From NCBI RefSeq assembly GCF_006345805.1, contig NW_021835103.1:1-52815 (forward strand): a stretch of 52,815 bases of DNA, in the 5' to 3' direction. The position numbers were made by a program, and so were the translations under genes. A model generated the notes under the pieces. It saw nothing but the letters and a program-made list of their open reading frames with translations, searched no databases and was not told the origin of the DNA. Origin of the DNA: Octopus sinensis (taxonomy: Eukaryota). The stretch's first letter is position 1, and every line of letters starts with the position of its first letter. Positions 28,535 to 40,591 of the stretch are shown piece after piece.

Positions 28535-28800
28535 TGGTAGAATCGTTAGCACGCCGGGCAAAATACTTAGCGGCATTTCATTCGGCTTTACTTTCGGAGT
28601 TCAAATTCCGCCGAGGTCGACTAACAACTTGCCCCCGATCTTGCTGGCCTTGTGCCATAATTTGAAATCCTTATCTGGTACAATCCCAAAGACGGCGATC
28701 TGGTAGAATCTGTTAGCGGGTCGGACAAAATGCTTAGCGGCATTTCTTCCAGATTTTTAAGTTCTAGGTTCAAAGTTCGGTGGGGTCCGCTTTATTTTTC
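28535..28800 (+). mobile_element. Two degenerate SINE family B 5' fragments
   Basis: gaatcgttagcacgccgggcaaaatacttagc...gagttcaaattccgccgaggtcgac, repeated at ~28690. Confidence 0.7.
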
Positions 28801-28813
28801 ATCCTTTCTGGGT

Positions 28814-29228
28814 CTTTTACTCTCTTTTACTCCCTTTTACTTGTTTCAGTCATTTGACTGCGGCCATGCTGGAGCGCTGCCTTTAGTCGAGCAAATCGAG
28901 GCCCCAGGACATATACTTTGTAAGCCTAGTACTTATTCTATCGGTCTCCTTTTACCGAATCGCTAGGTTACGAGGACGTAAACACCAGCATTGGTTGTCA
29001 AGCGATATTGGGGAGGGGGGAGGACAAACACAGACACACAAACACACACACACACGTATATATATACATATATACGACGGGCTTCTTTTCAGTTTCCGTC
29101 TACCAAATCCACTCACAAGGCTTTGGTCGGTCCGAGGCTATAGTAGAAGACACTTGCCCAAAGTGCCGCGCAGTGGGACTGAACCCAGAACCATGTGGTT
29201 GGTAAGCAAGCTACTTACCACACAGCTA
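28814..29228 (-). mobile_element. SINE family A
   Basis: Collinear with other family A copies. Confidence 0.9.
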
Positions 29229-29957
29229 CACTGCACCTGGTCGATAAAATAAGTTCCATTTGAACACCGGGGCCGCTGTAATCTACTCAACGCTTCCCTT
29301 AAAGTTGCTGGCTTTGCACCAAAAATTTGAAATCATTATCTAGTCGAATCTCATTGCGTGGGGCCATCGGAGACTGTCTTCTGTCAAAAGCTCACTCGGA
29401 TCGACCAAGAGATCATGACTAGAAAATTGCAGGTCGGAAAATATGTGCTGTATCCGTGTACGGGGCGGTTCTTGTTCTTGGGTAGCAAATATAATCGTTC
29501 GACTGCTTTAAATACGACCTAGATGTTCCTCTTTGGTTACATTTTATGCGAGGTTGGGGTGTCCATTCTCTTGCAAGCATTGAAGTCAAGTACTCAATCT
29601 TTAGATAACGTCCTCTCTCCTACAACCAGTTTCAGGGGCTTTGAAAAATATTGTGACGGTGGTGGTGGTGGTGATGGTGGTGACTGCGGTGATGTCTGTT
29701 GCCATCATTCGGATCAGGTATATAAAATTTAGACAATTTCTTCTTTTTCTTCCACCAGTCTCGGAAGCCTTGTTAAAAGTTTATGCCTTAAAAATGAAAT
29801 ATCGTAAAATAAGACACAAAATAGTAACGACGACTCTGGTCTGTAAAACCTTCAGGAAGGAGTTTTCCAAGATCCTATGAAGTAATCAAATGTATTTCAT
29901 ATAAATGTACATTCAGAAACAAAAGTTGTGTCAACGCCATTAGGAATAACAGAAACG

Positions 29958-30340
29958 AAGGCAGCGAGCTGGCAGAAACGTTAGCACGCCGGGTGAAATT
30001 CTTAGCTGTATTTTGTCTGCCGTTACGACTTTGCCTTTCATACTTTCGGGGTCGATAAATTATGTACCAGTTACGCACTGGAGCCGATATAATCGACTTA
30101 ATCCGTTTGTCTGTCCTTCTTTGTCTTCTCTGTGTTTAGCCCATTGTGGGTAGTAAAGAAATAGGTATTTTGCCTGTCTTTACGTTCTGAGTTGAAATTC
30201 CGCCGAGGTCGACTTTGCCTTTCACCCTTTCGTGGTCGATAAATTAAGTACCAGTTACGCACTGGGGTCGATGTAATCGACTTAATCCGTTTGTCTGTCC
30301 CCTCTATGTTTAGCTCCTAGTGGGTAAAAAAGAAATAAGA
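29958..30340 (+). mobile_element. SINE family B dimer
   Basis: Junction aaagaaataggtattttgcc near 30160. Confidence 0.9.
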
Positions 30341-30629
30341 AACGAGAGAGCCCACAAGCACTCACTCAACCTGTTAGAAATAACAACCAGATAGCCCTAA
30401 AATCATCCACTGCAGTTTTAAGAAAAAGGAAAGGTATGTTGGCCAATGTACTTCTAAATATAAAATAGAGGAAAAGATTATCTCTGGAATACCTTCAACC
30501 AGAATGACTTGCTAAGCAGCAACGATGAATTACTTTCATAATTTCCCTTTATAATATTACGGATCAACACAGACGACATTTACATAATCTCGACATTTAT
30601 ATACACGCAAAAACAGGTATTGTAAGTAT

Positions 30630-31017
30630 GTAGGAAGCACTCCGGCAGTTACGACGACGAGGGTTCCGGTTGATCCGAATCAACGGAACAGCCTGCTCGT
30701 GAAATTAACGTGTAAGTGGCTGAGCACTCCACAGACACGTGTACCCTTAACGTAGTTCTCGGGGATATTCAGCGTGACACAGAGAGTGACAAGGCCGGCC
30801 CTTTGAAATACAGGTACAACAGAAACAGGAAGTAAGAGTGAGAGAAAGTTGTGGTGAAAGAGTACAGCAGGGATCACCACCATCCCCTGCCGGAGCGTCG
30901 TGGAGCCTTTAGGTGTTTTCGCTCAATAAACACTCACAACGCCCGGTCTGGGAATCGAAACCGCGATCCTATGACCGCGAGTCCGTTGCCCTAACCACTG
31001 GGCCATTGCGCCTCCAC
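30630..31017 (-). mobile_element. SINE family D, full length (388 bp, tRNA-Arg-like head), with 11 bp TSD
   Basis: TSD ATTGTAAGTAT at 30619-30629 and 31018-31028. Head GTGGAGGCGCAATGGCCCAGTGG...GGTTTCGATTCCC on the minus strand. Confidence 0.95.
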
Positions 31018-31744
31018 ATTGTAAGTATAACAAACATATTAAAAATACTGCAAATCTAAGGCTAAAAAATTAAACCCTTACAGACTAAAATTGTATTAAC
31101 ACACAAGGTATCTACGCAACCAAAGTTCAGGGAACATATTTACAACGACAACACAGACCACCTATTTAAATCCCCATTTAGATTCCAATCATTTCATCTG
31201 CAGACGTTCTACCATTGAACCAAATCAATCAACCGAAAACCTCTATCGCTTATAGCTTTGTTTTTACTAGCGCGCATTGTATGTTGCTGACGTCATAGAA
31301 ATTTATAACTTCAAGAGACATGAAATCATTTGTTTTTGACAGTTGAACTTGATACAGCTATAAATAATTGCATGTAAATATTTACATGTTATCTCGTTCA
31401 AGTTCTACAATTAAAAACAAATTATTTCACGTCTCTCGAAGTTTTGAAAGTTTTATGACGTAAGAAAATACAACCCCCAATTACACAACAGGAATAGTCT
31501 ACCAGATAAAAAAAAAACAGCGACGAATCAACATCACAAATAGGAGAATTTAGAAGTCAACTTCAAACAACCAAACAAGAAAATAACATAGAAAATATAT
31601 TACACAAAACGGAAAACTGGTAAATATTTGAGTAAAAATAAACCAAACGAACTATAAATCGAACAAACTCAATCCATGTTCGTCCGTCGGAGCGACGCGA
31701 ACCATCTCTTTACTCTTTTACTTGTTTCAGTCATTTGACTGTGG

Positions 31745-32052
31745 TCACTATTATCATCATCAACATCATCACCAATCTCATCCTCATTATCATATCACCA
31801 TCATTATCATCATCATTATCTCCACCATCACCGCCATTGTCATTATCATCACCATTATCATCATTATCATTATCATTATCATCACCAATAACATCACCAT
31901 CCTCACCACCATTATCATCACCATCACCATCATCATCATCACCACCACTACCACCATCACCATCATCATCAACATCATCATCATCATCATCATCTTCTTC
32001 ATCATCATCATCATCATCATCAACATCATCATCATCAACATCATCATAGTCG

Positions 32053-32093
<41 letters not shown>

Positions 32094-32283
32094 TTCATCG
32101 TCGTCGTCATTGTCGTCGTCATCGTCATCATCATCATCATCATCATCATCTTCATCGTCGTCGTCATTGTCGTCATCATCATCATCATCATCATCATCAT
32201 CTTCATCATCGACGTCATTGTCGTCATCATCATCATCATCATCATCATCATATTCATCGTCGTCGTCATTGTCGTCGTCGTCG

Positions 32284-32319
<36 letters not shown>

Positions 32320-33760
32320 CCATCATCATCACCAACACCACAATTATCGTCATGATCGACTCCAGTTCTAAAAGCAGTTTCCTCAGCAACAGCAGCACCA
32401 CCAACACCGTCATCATCATGACGACGACGGTAACAACCACGTGGCTACCACATCCATTGTCACAACCACTACCAATACCACCACTACCACCACCAGCATC
32501 ACAACCATCTCCACCATCTCCTTCAACACAACCGCTAACACTACGACCATTGCCACCCCCACCCCGCTACCAACACAGACACTACAATCACGTTACCCAT
32601 CACCGCCATCCCCACCATCACTACGACGACGACGACGACCACCACCACCACCACGACCACCACCACCACCACCACCAACAGCACTAACACTGCTGTAAGC
32701 ACCTCCTCCACCTGCATCATCACAAATAGCAGAAGCAACAACTACAACAATAGCAGCAACAATGCCAAGAACATCCTCAGCAATGCTGCCACCACCACTA
32801 ACACCACCACCATCACCACCATCACTACCACCTCATCATCCTGTAACACAAAATCACCCCCACCACCACTACAACCACAACGGCCACCACTGCCACCACG
32901 GCCACCACCACCACCACCACCATCACCACCACCACCACCACCACCACTACAACCACAACGGCCACCACCAACACCACCACAACCACTACCACTACAACCA
33001 CAACGGCCACCACAGCCACCACGACCACCACCACGGCCATCACCACTACCACCACCACAACCACCACCACTACAACAACCAAGGCCACCACGGCCAACAC
33101 CATCACCACCACCTCATCACCTCATCACCTCATCCTGTAACACAAAATCTCCACCACAACCACTACAACCACAACGGCCACCACAGCCACCACGGCTACC
33201 ACCACGGCCATCACCACCACCACAACCACCACGGCCACCACCATCACCATCATCACCATCACCACCACCTCATCACCTCATCCTGTAACACAAAATCACC
33301 ACCACCACGACTACAGCCACAACTGCCACCACAGCTCACTACGGTCTCAACCACCACAAACACCACCACAGATACCAACCACCACGGCCATCATTGCCAC
33401 CACCTCATCACCTCATCCTGTAACACAAAACCACCACGGCCACCACCATCACCACCACCACCATCACCATCATCACCATCACCATCACCTCATCACCTCA
33501 TCCTGTAGCACAAAATCACCACCACCACGACTACAGCCACAACTGCCACCACAGCTACCACGGCCTCAACCACCACAAACACCACCACAGATACCACCAC
33601 GGATACCACCACTGCCACACCACCTCATCACCTCATCCTGTAACACAAAACCACCACCAGCACTAGCACCACCAGCACCAACACCAGCACAGCACCACCA
33701 CCACCACAATCCCCCTCCCCACCACCAATACCACCACTAACAACAACAAATACGCTAGCG
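31745..33760. repeat. (ATC/GTC)n then (ACC/ACG/GCC)n complex satellite with a recurring CACCTCATCACCTCATCCTGTAACACAAAA spacer
   Basis: The spacer recurs about 6 times between ~32830 and ~33650. Poly-Ile/Ser/His/Met ORFs are repeat translations. Confidence 0.9.
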
Positions 33761-34109
33761 ACAACAAAGGAGATACCGGTGCTAAATCGACCTTATATTA
33801 GTACAAGCCTGTAGGCAATACCTTTCATTTTGCTTTCCACACTAAACATGGCTGCGTTATTGCATGAATTCACATGGAAATTATTTACACTTGGTATCAC
33901 ACTATCGATTATCTGTTTATATAGACGTGGGAGATATCAACACGAAACTAGGTCTACGAGGATATCTGTATTATCTAGACACTGATGTTTAAACAGTTTG
34001 AGTTCTACTGCACTCTGTCCTATTGTAAAATGTTCTGCGTTGAAATATAGTGAACTATAAAGAAAATCAATTTTGTACGTATATATATAAACTTGGTCAG
34101 TGTGTGTGT

Positions 34110-34156
<47 letters not shown>

Positions 34157-34187
34157 TGTGTATGCATATATATATGTATGTTCTCTT

Positions 34188-34980
34188 AACTCTTTTACTT
34201 GTTTCTTTCAGTCATTTAACTGAGGCCAGGTCTTATTCTTTGTAAGCATAGTACTTATTCTATCGGTCACTTTTGCCGAACCGCTAAGTTACGGGGGACC
34301 TAAACACACCAGCATCGGTTGTCAATCGATGTTGGGGGGGACAAAACAGACACACAAACACACACACACAACACACACACACACACACACACACACACCA
34401 CACACAATTCTCTCTCTCTATATAAAACGGCAGTTTGTCTGTGTGTGTTTCTGTGTGTCTGTTTGGTTGTACCCTCACCCTGACCACTGCTTTCAACCGC
34501 TTCTGATGAAACTTGACACACACATAGCCCAATGTCATATTCAAAATAACGCAGCGAAAATTTTGAAAAGTTCCCCCAGTTCTGAAAAAAATCGATAATT
34601 CGACATGGGGTCGAAACAGAAACACAACCACAGATTGTCTAGGGGACGCAACTCGACCTTTTTTGTATCTCAAAAAAATTTACCCATACATTTTTTTTCC
34701 ATTTTTTTTCTAGTTTTGGGCTATAACTCTCTAAAAATGCTTTATAGTTATTTCCCTTACAAACCTGAGCAACGCCGGGCGATACTGCTAGTATTATAAT
34801 ATATATATATACATATATACGACAGGCTTCTTTCAGTTTCCGTCTACCAAATCCACTCACAAGGCTTTGGTTGGTCCGAGGCTCATGTAGAAGACACTTG
34901 CTCAAGGTGCCACGCAGTGGGACTGAACCCGGAAACATGTAGTTCGTAAGCAAGCTACTTACCCAACAGCCACCCCTACG
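34188..34980 (-). mobile_element. SINE family A interrupted by a non-autonomous Helitron
   Basis: 3' part 34188-34405, 5' part 34800-34980, Helitron between. Confidence 0.85.
34417..34791 (+). mobile_element. Non-autonomous Helitron (~375 bp)
   Basis: 5' TCTATATAAAA. Subterminal GC hairpin cctgagcaacgccggg (34764-34779). 3' CTAG followed by T. No TSD seen. Confidence 0.8.
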
Positions 34981-35099
34981 CGTATATATATATATATGTA
35001 GGTATACATACATGCATAGCAAATATGCCTTGCCTACGTACGTATATACATTTTTTGTATATAATATATGTTTTTTGTCTATTTTCATAAAGCTTCCCG

Positions 35100-35192
<93 letters not shown>

Positions 35193-35523
35193 CTGTATTC
35201 CCCTGTTTCGAGCGCCGAGAATTTCGTTCATGGCATATATCAAACTGATAAGTGCAGCTTGCAAAATAGCCGGTCCATTTACTAAACTTGACAGGTCAGT
35301 AAAATATAAATCGTCACATATATATATATATATATGTGTGTGTGTGTATGTGTGTGTGTGTGTTTGTGTGTGTGCGTGCGTGGGTGTGTATACAGTTGCC
35401 GTTTACTGGTTGAGTGCTATAAGTACGTACATACAGATCGATACACCTATGCGTATATAAATAACATAGAACATACAAAGAAACGCAATCACGCACATAT
35501 TGCATATGTATATGTATGTATGC

Positions 35524-35612
<89 letters not shown>

Positions 35613-35689
35613 AATCATATCTAAATATATGCACATATATATATACACATATGTACATACCTACATATAATGTGTATATATAGTATATA

Positions 35690-35878
35690 TAAGTACAGGA
35701 CACCAAAAAAAAAGAAGGCGTTGAATACAATGAGAAACGATAACATAAAAACAAAAACTTAGAAAACGAACTTTTTTCGAACAACGAAAAAAAAAACCAC
35801 AGAGAAACGAGACATACAACAAGAAGAATATTCCCTTTCTTCAGTTGTCCCTGTTTCATCAACGCCGCGTTTCGAATA
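35690..35878 (-). mobile_element. PLE-terminus-like fragment embedded in (TA)n
   Basis: Minus strand has CGAAACGCGGCGTT and CTGAAGAAAGGG followed by a T-rich tract, a layout typical of PLE pseudo-LTRs. No complete ribozyme. Confidence 0.4.
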
Positions 35879-35904
35879 TATATATATATACACATACATA
35901 CATA

Positions 35905-36581
35905 CAGGGTACGATTGATAGATTGTCGCCATTTTATATTTTAAATTTCGAGCATGCGCATCGTTTGTTTTTGATATTGTCCACTACACAGTAGAGTAGC
36001 GTCAGTTGAACATCATCTGTGAGAAAGATAGCACTATGGCGCAATTCGCTCTGTTAGAAATTTGGAAACGTCATGTTGTACTGCTTGGCATTCGCGCCGG
36101 ATGCTCCATTACGAATATTTCTGAGTGTTTGGGTGGCAGTCTGAGAACAGTGAGTGAAGAGGGAGGCTACTGGAAGACCTTATGTCTAGCAACAAGACTC
36201 CGCATCATGCCACACAAGCAGGAGAACTCAGTCATGACTATCAGATAATTTCTGCTACCACATCACCCCTAACATCTGGCCACCTATGTCTGGGACGTAG
36301 TTGAGCGAGAGACCAACAAAACTTCTTGTAACACCAGAGATGAATTGAAGGCAAGGATTATGGCAGCATTCACCAGCTTAAATAAGAAGACCATCCAGAA
36401 GAGTTGCAGGAGATTCCGAAGTTATTTTGAAGCCATGGTTGAAGCCAATGGCGATTTTATTGAATAAATTTGCTCTTTAGTATTTCAAGATATTTTTATG
36501 CAATTTTCGTAAATATATCTTAAAATGAGATGTCATTATTTCATTTTTGCGTGATTTAGACGACAATTTATTCGCCGCACA

Positions 36582-36584
<3 letters not shown>
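35905..36584 (+). pseudogene. Internally deleted Tc1/mariner element of maT (DD37D)-like type
   Basis: TIRs CAGGGTACG...ATAGATTGTCGCC and reverse-complement CAGTGTGCG...ATAAATTGTCGTC, TA-flanked. Translation QQDSASCHTS...IWPP/YVWDVVERETNK...RRFRSYFEAMVEANGDFIE*. Confidence 0.85.
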
Positions 36585-36621
<37 letters not shown>

Positions 36622-36699
36622 ATATATATATATATATATACGTATGTATGTATGAGTGTTGGGTGTGTGTGTAGAAGGTTGAAAAGGACACACGATATA

Positions 36700-36965
36700 T
36701 ATTGGAAAAACAAGTCAGATAGAAAATGCTAAAATAATTTTATAAAAAACATTCTAGTACCGGTTTCAGTCATTAAGACTTACTTTTTCAACTCTAAGTA
36801 TGGAAAACAATTAAAGTTTGGAAAAATTAAAAGGAAAGTTTTTTAAAAGAATATTTGCATAGTATTCAAATGCAAGGGGCATTTTTCTTGTTTCTGCCTG
36901 ACTCTGTCCCTCTTGTTTACTCTTGCGGGTTCGAGGTCGTTGTGAATTCTCGGCAGAGAAGAAGA
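36700..36965 (-). mobile_element. Second copy of the hammerhead-bearing PLE-terminus-like family
   Basis: Collinear with 22173-22430. Confidence 0.7.
36752..36796 (-). ncRNA. Minimal hammerhead motif, U3:A8 variant, weaker stem I
   Basis: Minus strand: TAGAG-TTGAAAA-AGTAAGTC-TTAAT-GACT-GAAA-CCGG-TA-CTAGA. Stem II is AGTC/GACT; stem I has only 2 clear pairs. Confidence 0.5.
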
Positions 36966-37000
36966 GGAAGAAGGGGAGGAGGAGGAGGAGAATAATAAAA

Positions 37001-37097
<97 letters not shown>

Positions 37098-37099
<2 letters not shown>

Positions 37100-37267
37100 C
37101 GCACGAGTGGCTGTGTGGTAAGTAGCTTGCTAACCAGCCGCATGGTTCTGGTTCAGTCCCACTGCGTGGCATCTTGGGCAAGTGTCTTCTGCTATAGCCT
37201 CGGGCTGACCAAAGCCTTGTGAGTGGATATGGTAGACGGAAACTGAAAGAAGCCTGTCGTATATATG

Positions 37268-37316
<49 letters not shown>

Positions 37317-37541
37317 TTATGTGTGTGGATATGTTTGTGTGTCTGTGTTTGTCCCTCTAGCATTGCTTGACAACGATGCTGGTGTGTTACGTCCCCGTAA
37401 CTTAGCGGTTCGGCAAAAGAGACCGATAAATTAAGTACTGGGCTTACAAAGAATAAGTCCCGGGGTCGATTTGCTCGACTAAAGGCGGTGCTCCAGCATG
37501 GCCGCAGTCAAATGACTGAAACAAGTAAAAGAGTAAAGAGA
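37098..37541 (+). mobile_element. SINE family A, full length
   Basis: Collinear with 9038-9452. Confidence 0.95.
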
Positions 37542-38105
37542 TATATTATATATATTATTATATATATATAGATATATATAAATGCATATTCATATATATA
37601 TATAGATGTATATTCATTTATCTCTATATCTATATATAATATATTTGTATATGCGTATGTATGTATATATAACTGTGCATATATGTGTATAAATACATAT
37701 TTACGTGTGTGTATACACACACAAATACACACACACACGCACACACACACACGCGCACACACACACACACACACATATATATGTATGTATATGTATATAT
37801 GAAGATATAATCTCTCAGTCGTTACAGCTCCTGATTCAGAGACTGATATTCGCGCGTGTTGAATAACCATCAGATGAATAGGAATTCTTTGATTCCAGAA
37901 ACTGCTAACCTTCCATAACTAAGCCTCTTATCAAAGATTTATTATTCACCGGCAGTATGATACCAATCAAGGACTCTGATATTAAAATGGAAAATCCCTT
38001 CCGTTACACAATCAACAATGGATGGCAATATATATATATACACACACACACATATCATATATATATATATTATACATATTATATATATGTATATTTATAC
38101 ATATC

Positions 38106-38165
<60 letters not shown>

Positions 38166-38279
38166 ATATATATTATGTATGTATGTATGTATTCATATAT
38201 GGGATATAAACGAATGGTTTATACCAAGTAGCTTACTGGTAAAGCACGAGCATTTTCACAGTGTGCGTTATGTATTTGT

Positions 38280-38360
38280 TTAATGAGAGACGGAAGATGG
38301 AAGATACGAGAATTTTTAGTATAAAAATTCTCGTTACTTCCATCTTCCATCTCACATTAA
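38280..38360. other. 81 bp near-perfect palindrome/hairpin
   Basis: 35 of 39 positions pair, with a 3-nt loop (GTA) and TTAA at both ends. Confidence 0.9.
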
Positions 38361-38386
38361 CCAAATTACACACACACACGCGCGCA

Positions 38387-38424
<38 letters not shown>

Positions 38425-38473
38425 TATACACATATATACATAACGAAATGTTTGCGCCAGGCGATGTTTAAGC

Positions 38474-38758
38474 ATAGGTAAAATTTATGTTAGTTAAAAT
38501 GTTTGTGACATATTTCAACTGCTAAAAGGCAATTTCAATGCAGTTACCGTGGAGAAAATATCTCTGTAATGGTAAAAGGTTTGAAAACACCCGGTGTGTT
38601 CAGTGTTACCATCTATCAGGAATCTCAGACATCGATGTTTCGAGTTTATCGACTCTTTTACCATAAGAGAAATATTTTTTTCCACAGTAACTGTAGAGAA
38701 TTTGCCTTTTAGCAGCTGAAATATGCCACAGACATATTTTACCTAAACTAACCTATAT
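38474..38758. mobile_element. Palindromic MITE/foldback element (~120 bp imperfect arms)
   Basis: catatttcaactgctaaaaggcaa...cagttaccgtgg...atggtaaaag mirrored by cttttaccat...ccacagtaactg...ttgccttttagcagctgaaatatg. Confidence 0.8.
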
Positions 38759-38764
38759 TTTGCT

Positions 38765-39155
38765 TTCACCCTACCCACAACAATCTCTCCATCCCCTACT
38801 CCCAATTCCTCCGTCTGCACAGGTTCTGCAATGACGACCATGACTTTGAGATTCAGTCTCAACTCATGTGTCGCCACATCATCCTTCGTGGATATCCCTC
38901 ACCACTATCCTCACTGCCCTTGCCAGGGTACGTTCCGTGGACCGTGCCTCTGCTCCCTCTCCCCGTATCCGCTCCGCTGTTGCCCGTCTCCCGTTTCTCA
39001 TCACTTACCACTCCTCCACCCTGTCCATCCAAAGCACCATTTTCCGAGCCTTCCCGCAAATACAGTCCAACCCCTCCACCTCGCACATCTTTCCCAACCT
39101 ACCCCTTCTTCCCTTCAAGCGAGCCCATAACCTGCGTGACCTCCTGGCCCACAGT
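38765..39155 (+). pseudogene. Penelope-like element RT thumb/linker fragment
   Basis: SLPYSQFLRLHRFC..DDHDFEIQSQLM...LRGYP / TILTALARVRSVDR...RLPFLITYH...IFPNLPLLPFKRAHNLRDLLAHS, a typical PLE linker. Confidence 0.8.
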
Positions 39156-39197
39156 TTCTTCTTTAACCCCACCTCCCAGCCTAGCTCGTTCCCCTGC

Positions 39198-39410
39198 CGA
39201 CCAAAGGCTTTTGTGTGGTTTTGGTAGACAGAAACTAGAAGAAGCCCGTCTACGTGGTTGTATCTTTTGTCTCTGTCCCTCATCACCGCTTAACAGCCAG
39301 TGTGGGTGTGTTTATGTCCCCGGAGCTTAGCAGCCCAGCCAAAGACACGGGCAGAATGAGCGCCAGGCTTTACACAGAAAATGTCCTGGGATAGATGTAT
39401 TCGACTGTGC
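39198..39410 (+). mobile_element. Degenerate SINE family A middle/3' part
   Basis: gaccaaagg...tttggtagacagaaactagaagaagcccgtc. Confidence 0.7.
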
Positions 39411-39708
39411 ATCAAGAATAGTCATGAAATTGATAGAGGTAGAAATGATCGTATAAAATAGTTAAGTGAAATAGACTAAAGAATCATTATTTACATTAAT
39501 CTTAGTATAGTTAATCTTTTAGATATCCCCTTGGAATTAGATGGAAATAGATTGTACCTTTACTAAAAACACAGTGAGAAATTGTGTTATGCAAACAACA
39601 TTTCTAATTATTTGCCCAACATTCTACGAAATATATTCTTCAGTATTTCCTCATTACCGTCTGACGAACCGAGGCTTTTCGCAATTGAGTTCTAGATGAA
39701 ATACAATA

Positions 39709-40591
39709 CGAGGTACTCAAAAGTAACCAGAAGCGTTCTTTGTGGGACAAGTCCGTTGTAATTCAGGCTTCTGCCGCTAGAATCCACTTGATGCGAACCT
39801 CAGGCATCAGTCTACCGAATGGCGTAGTCGGGTGAATTCGTATTGCCACATGGTTCGTCTTTGCTTTGCCGTGTTTCTCCCCCGTTCGTCGATTTTTGCG
39901 ATGGCTGAAACGAAGGAATAGTATGCTTCCGTGAAATTCTGTTTTCTGCTGGGGAAAATGGCAGCCGAAACAGTTGTCATACTACAAGCAACTTACAAGG
40001 ATGCTGACATGAGCAAAACACAAGTTTACAAGTGGTTTCCACGCTTTAGGAATGGTTACTTGTCGCTTGAAGACCAACCTTGTTCAGGACGACTGTCGAC
40101 CTCCCGAACGAATGAAAACATGGAAACACCATGAACTGATCTTGGAAGACCATCGCTGTACAACTGACGAACTGGTTTATACGTTTGCTGTATCCTGGAG
40201 CTCCTGCCAACGAATTTTAAACAGGGAATTTCCAATGAAAAGAGTTGCAGCAAAATTTGAGCCTCGCTTGCTCACGGAAGATCAGCAGCAGTCAGGACGT
40301 AATGCGTGTCGTGAACTGAAGGAACAGTTGGAAGTTGACCAGGACCTTTTTCTGAAGGTCATGATTAGCGACGAAGGCTGGTGCTACGGAATTTGCAGAT
40401 GTGGAAGAGGTGACGTTAAAAAGCATCGCATCGCAATGGTTCCAAGATTGCTTCGAACAGAGGAAACCGCGTCTGGACCGATGCATTGCTTCAAATGAAG
40501 AATACTTTGCAGGCCATAAAAGTGTAAACATGTAAAACTAAGTGAATAAAATAATATTGCAAAGTTCCGGTTTCTTTTGGGTACTTCTTCG
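39709..40591 (+). pseudogene. Mariner element with both TIRs, internally deleted transposase
   Basis: TA-flanked TIRs CGAGGTACTCAAAAGTAACCAGAA and reverse-complement CGAAGAAGTACCCAAAAGAAACCGGAA. ORF pieces KFCFLLGKMAAETV...KWFPRFRNG...GR and KRVAAKFEPRLLT...ISDEGWCYG. Confidence 0.9.

Noticed and set aside
29759-29880. Frame ending KTFRKEFSKIL*, reminiscent of GPCR helix 8
   Set aside because: No NPxxY or TM7 segment upstream, and no other GPCR exon found.
30940-31017. tRNA-like sequence (also 3424-3500)
   Set aside because: SINE head with A/B boxes continuing into SINE body and bounded by a TSD; not a tRNA gene.
33848-33985. 45-aa ORF with good Kozak context and a hydrophobic stretch (MAALLHEFTWKLFTLGITLSIICLY...)
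   Set aside because: Too short, no homology recognised, no strong donor site.
34500-34512. CTGATGA motif (also 2223, 39661, 42866, 44081, 50373)
   Set aside because: No properly spaced stem II/GAAA/stem III/stem I. Several lie within transposase or Helitron sequence.
35835-35878. Both hammerhead half-cores (GAAAC...UU and CUGAAGA) in permuted order on the minus strand
   Set aside because: The segment between them cannot form stem I, so there is no complete ribozyme in this copy.
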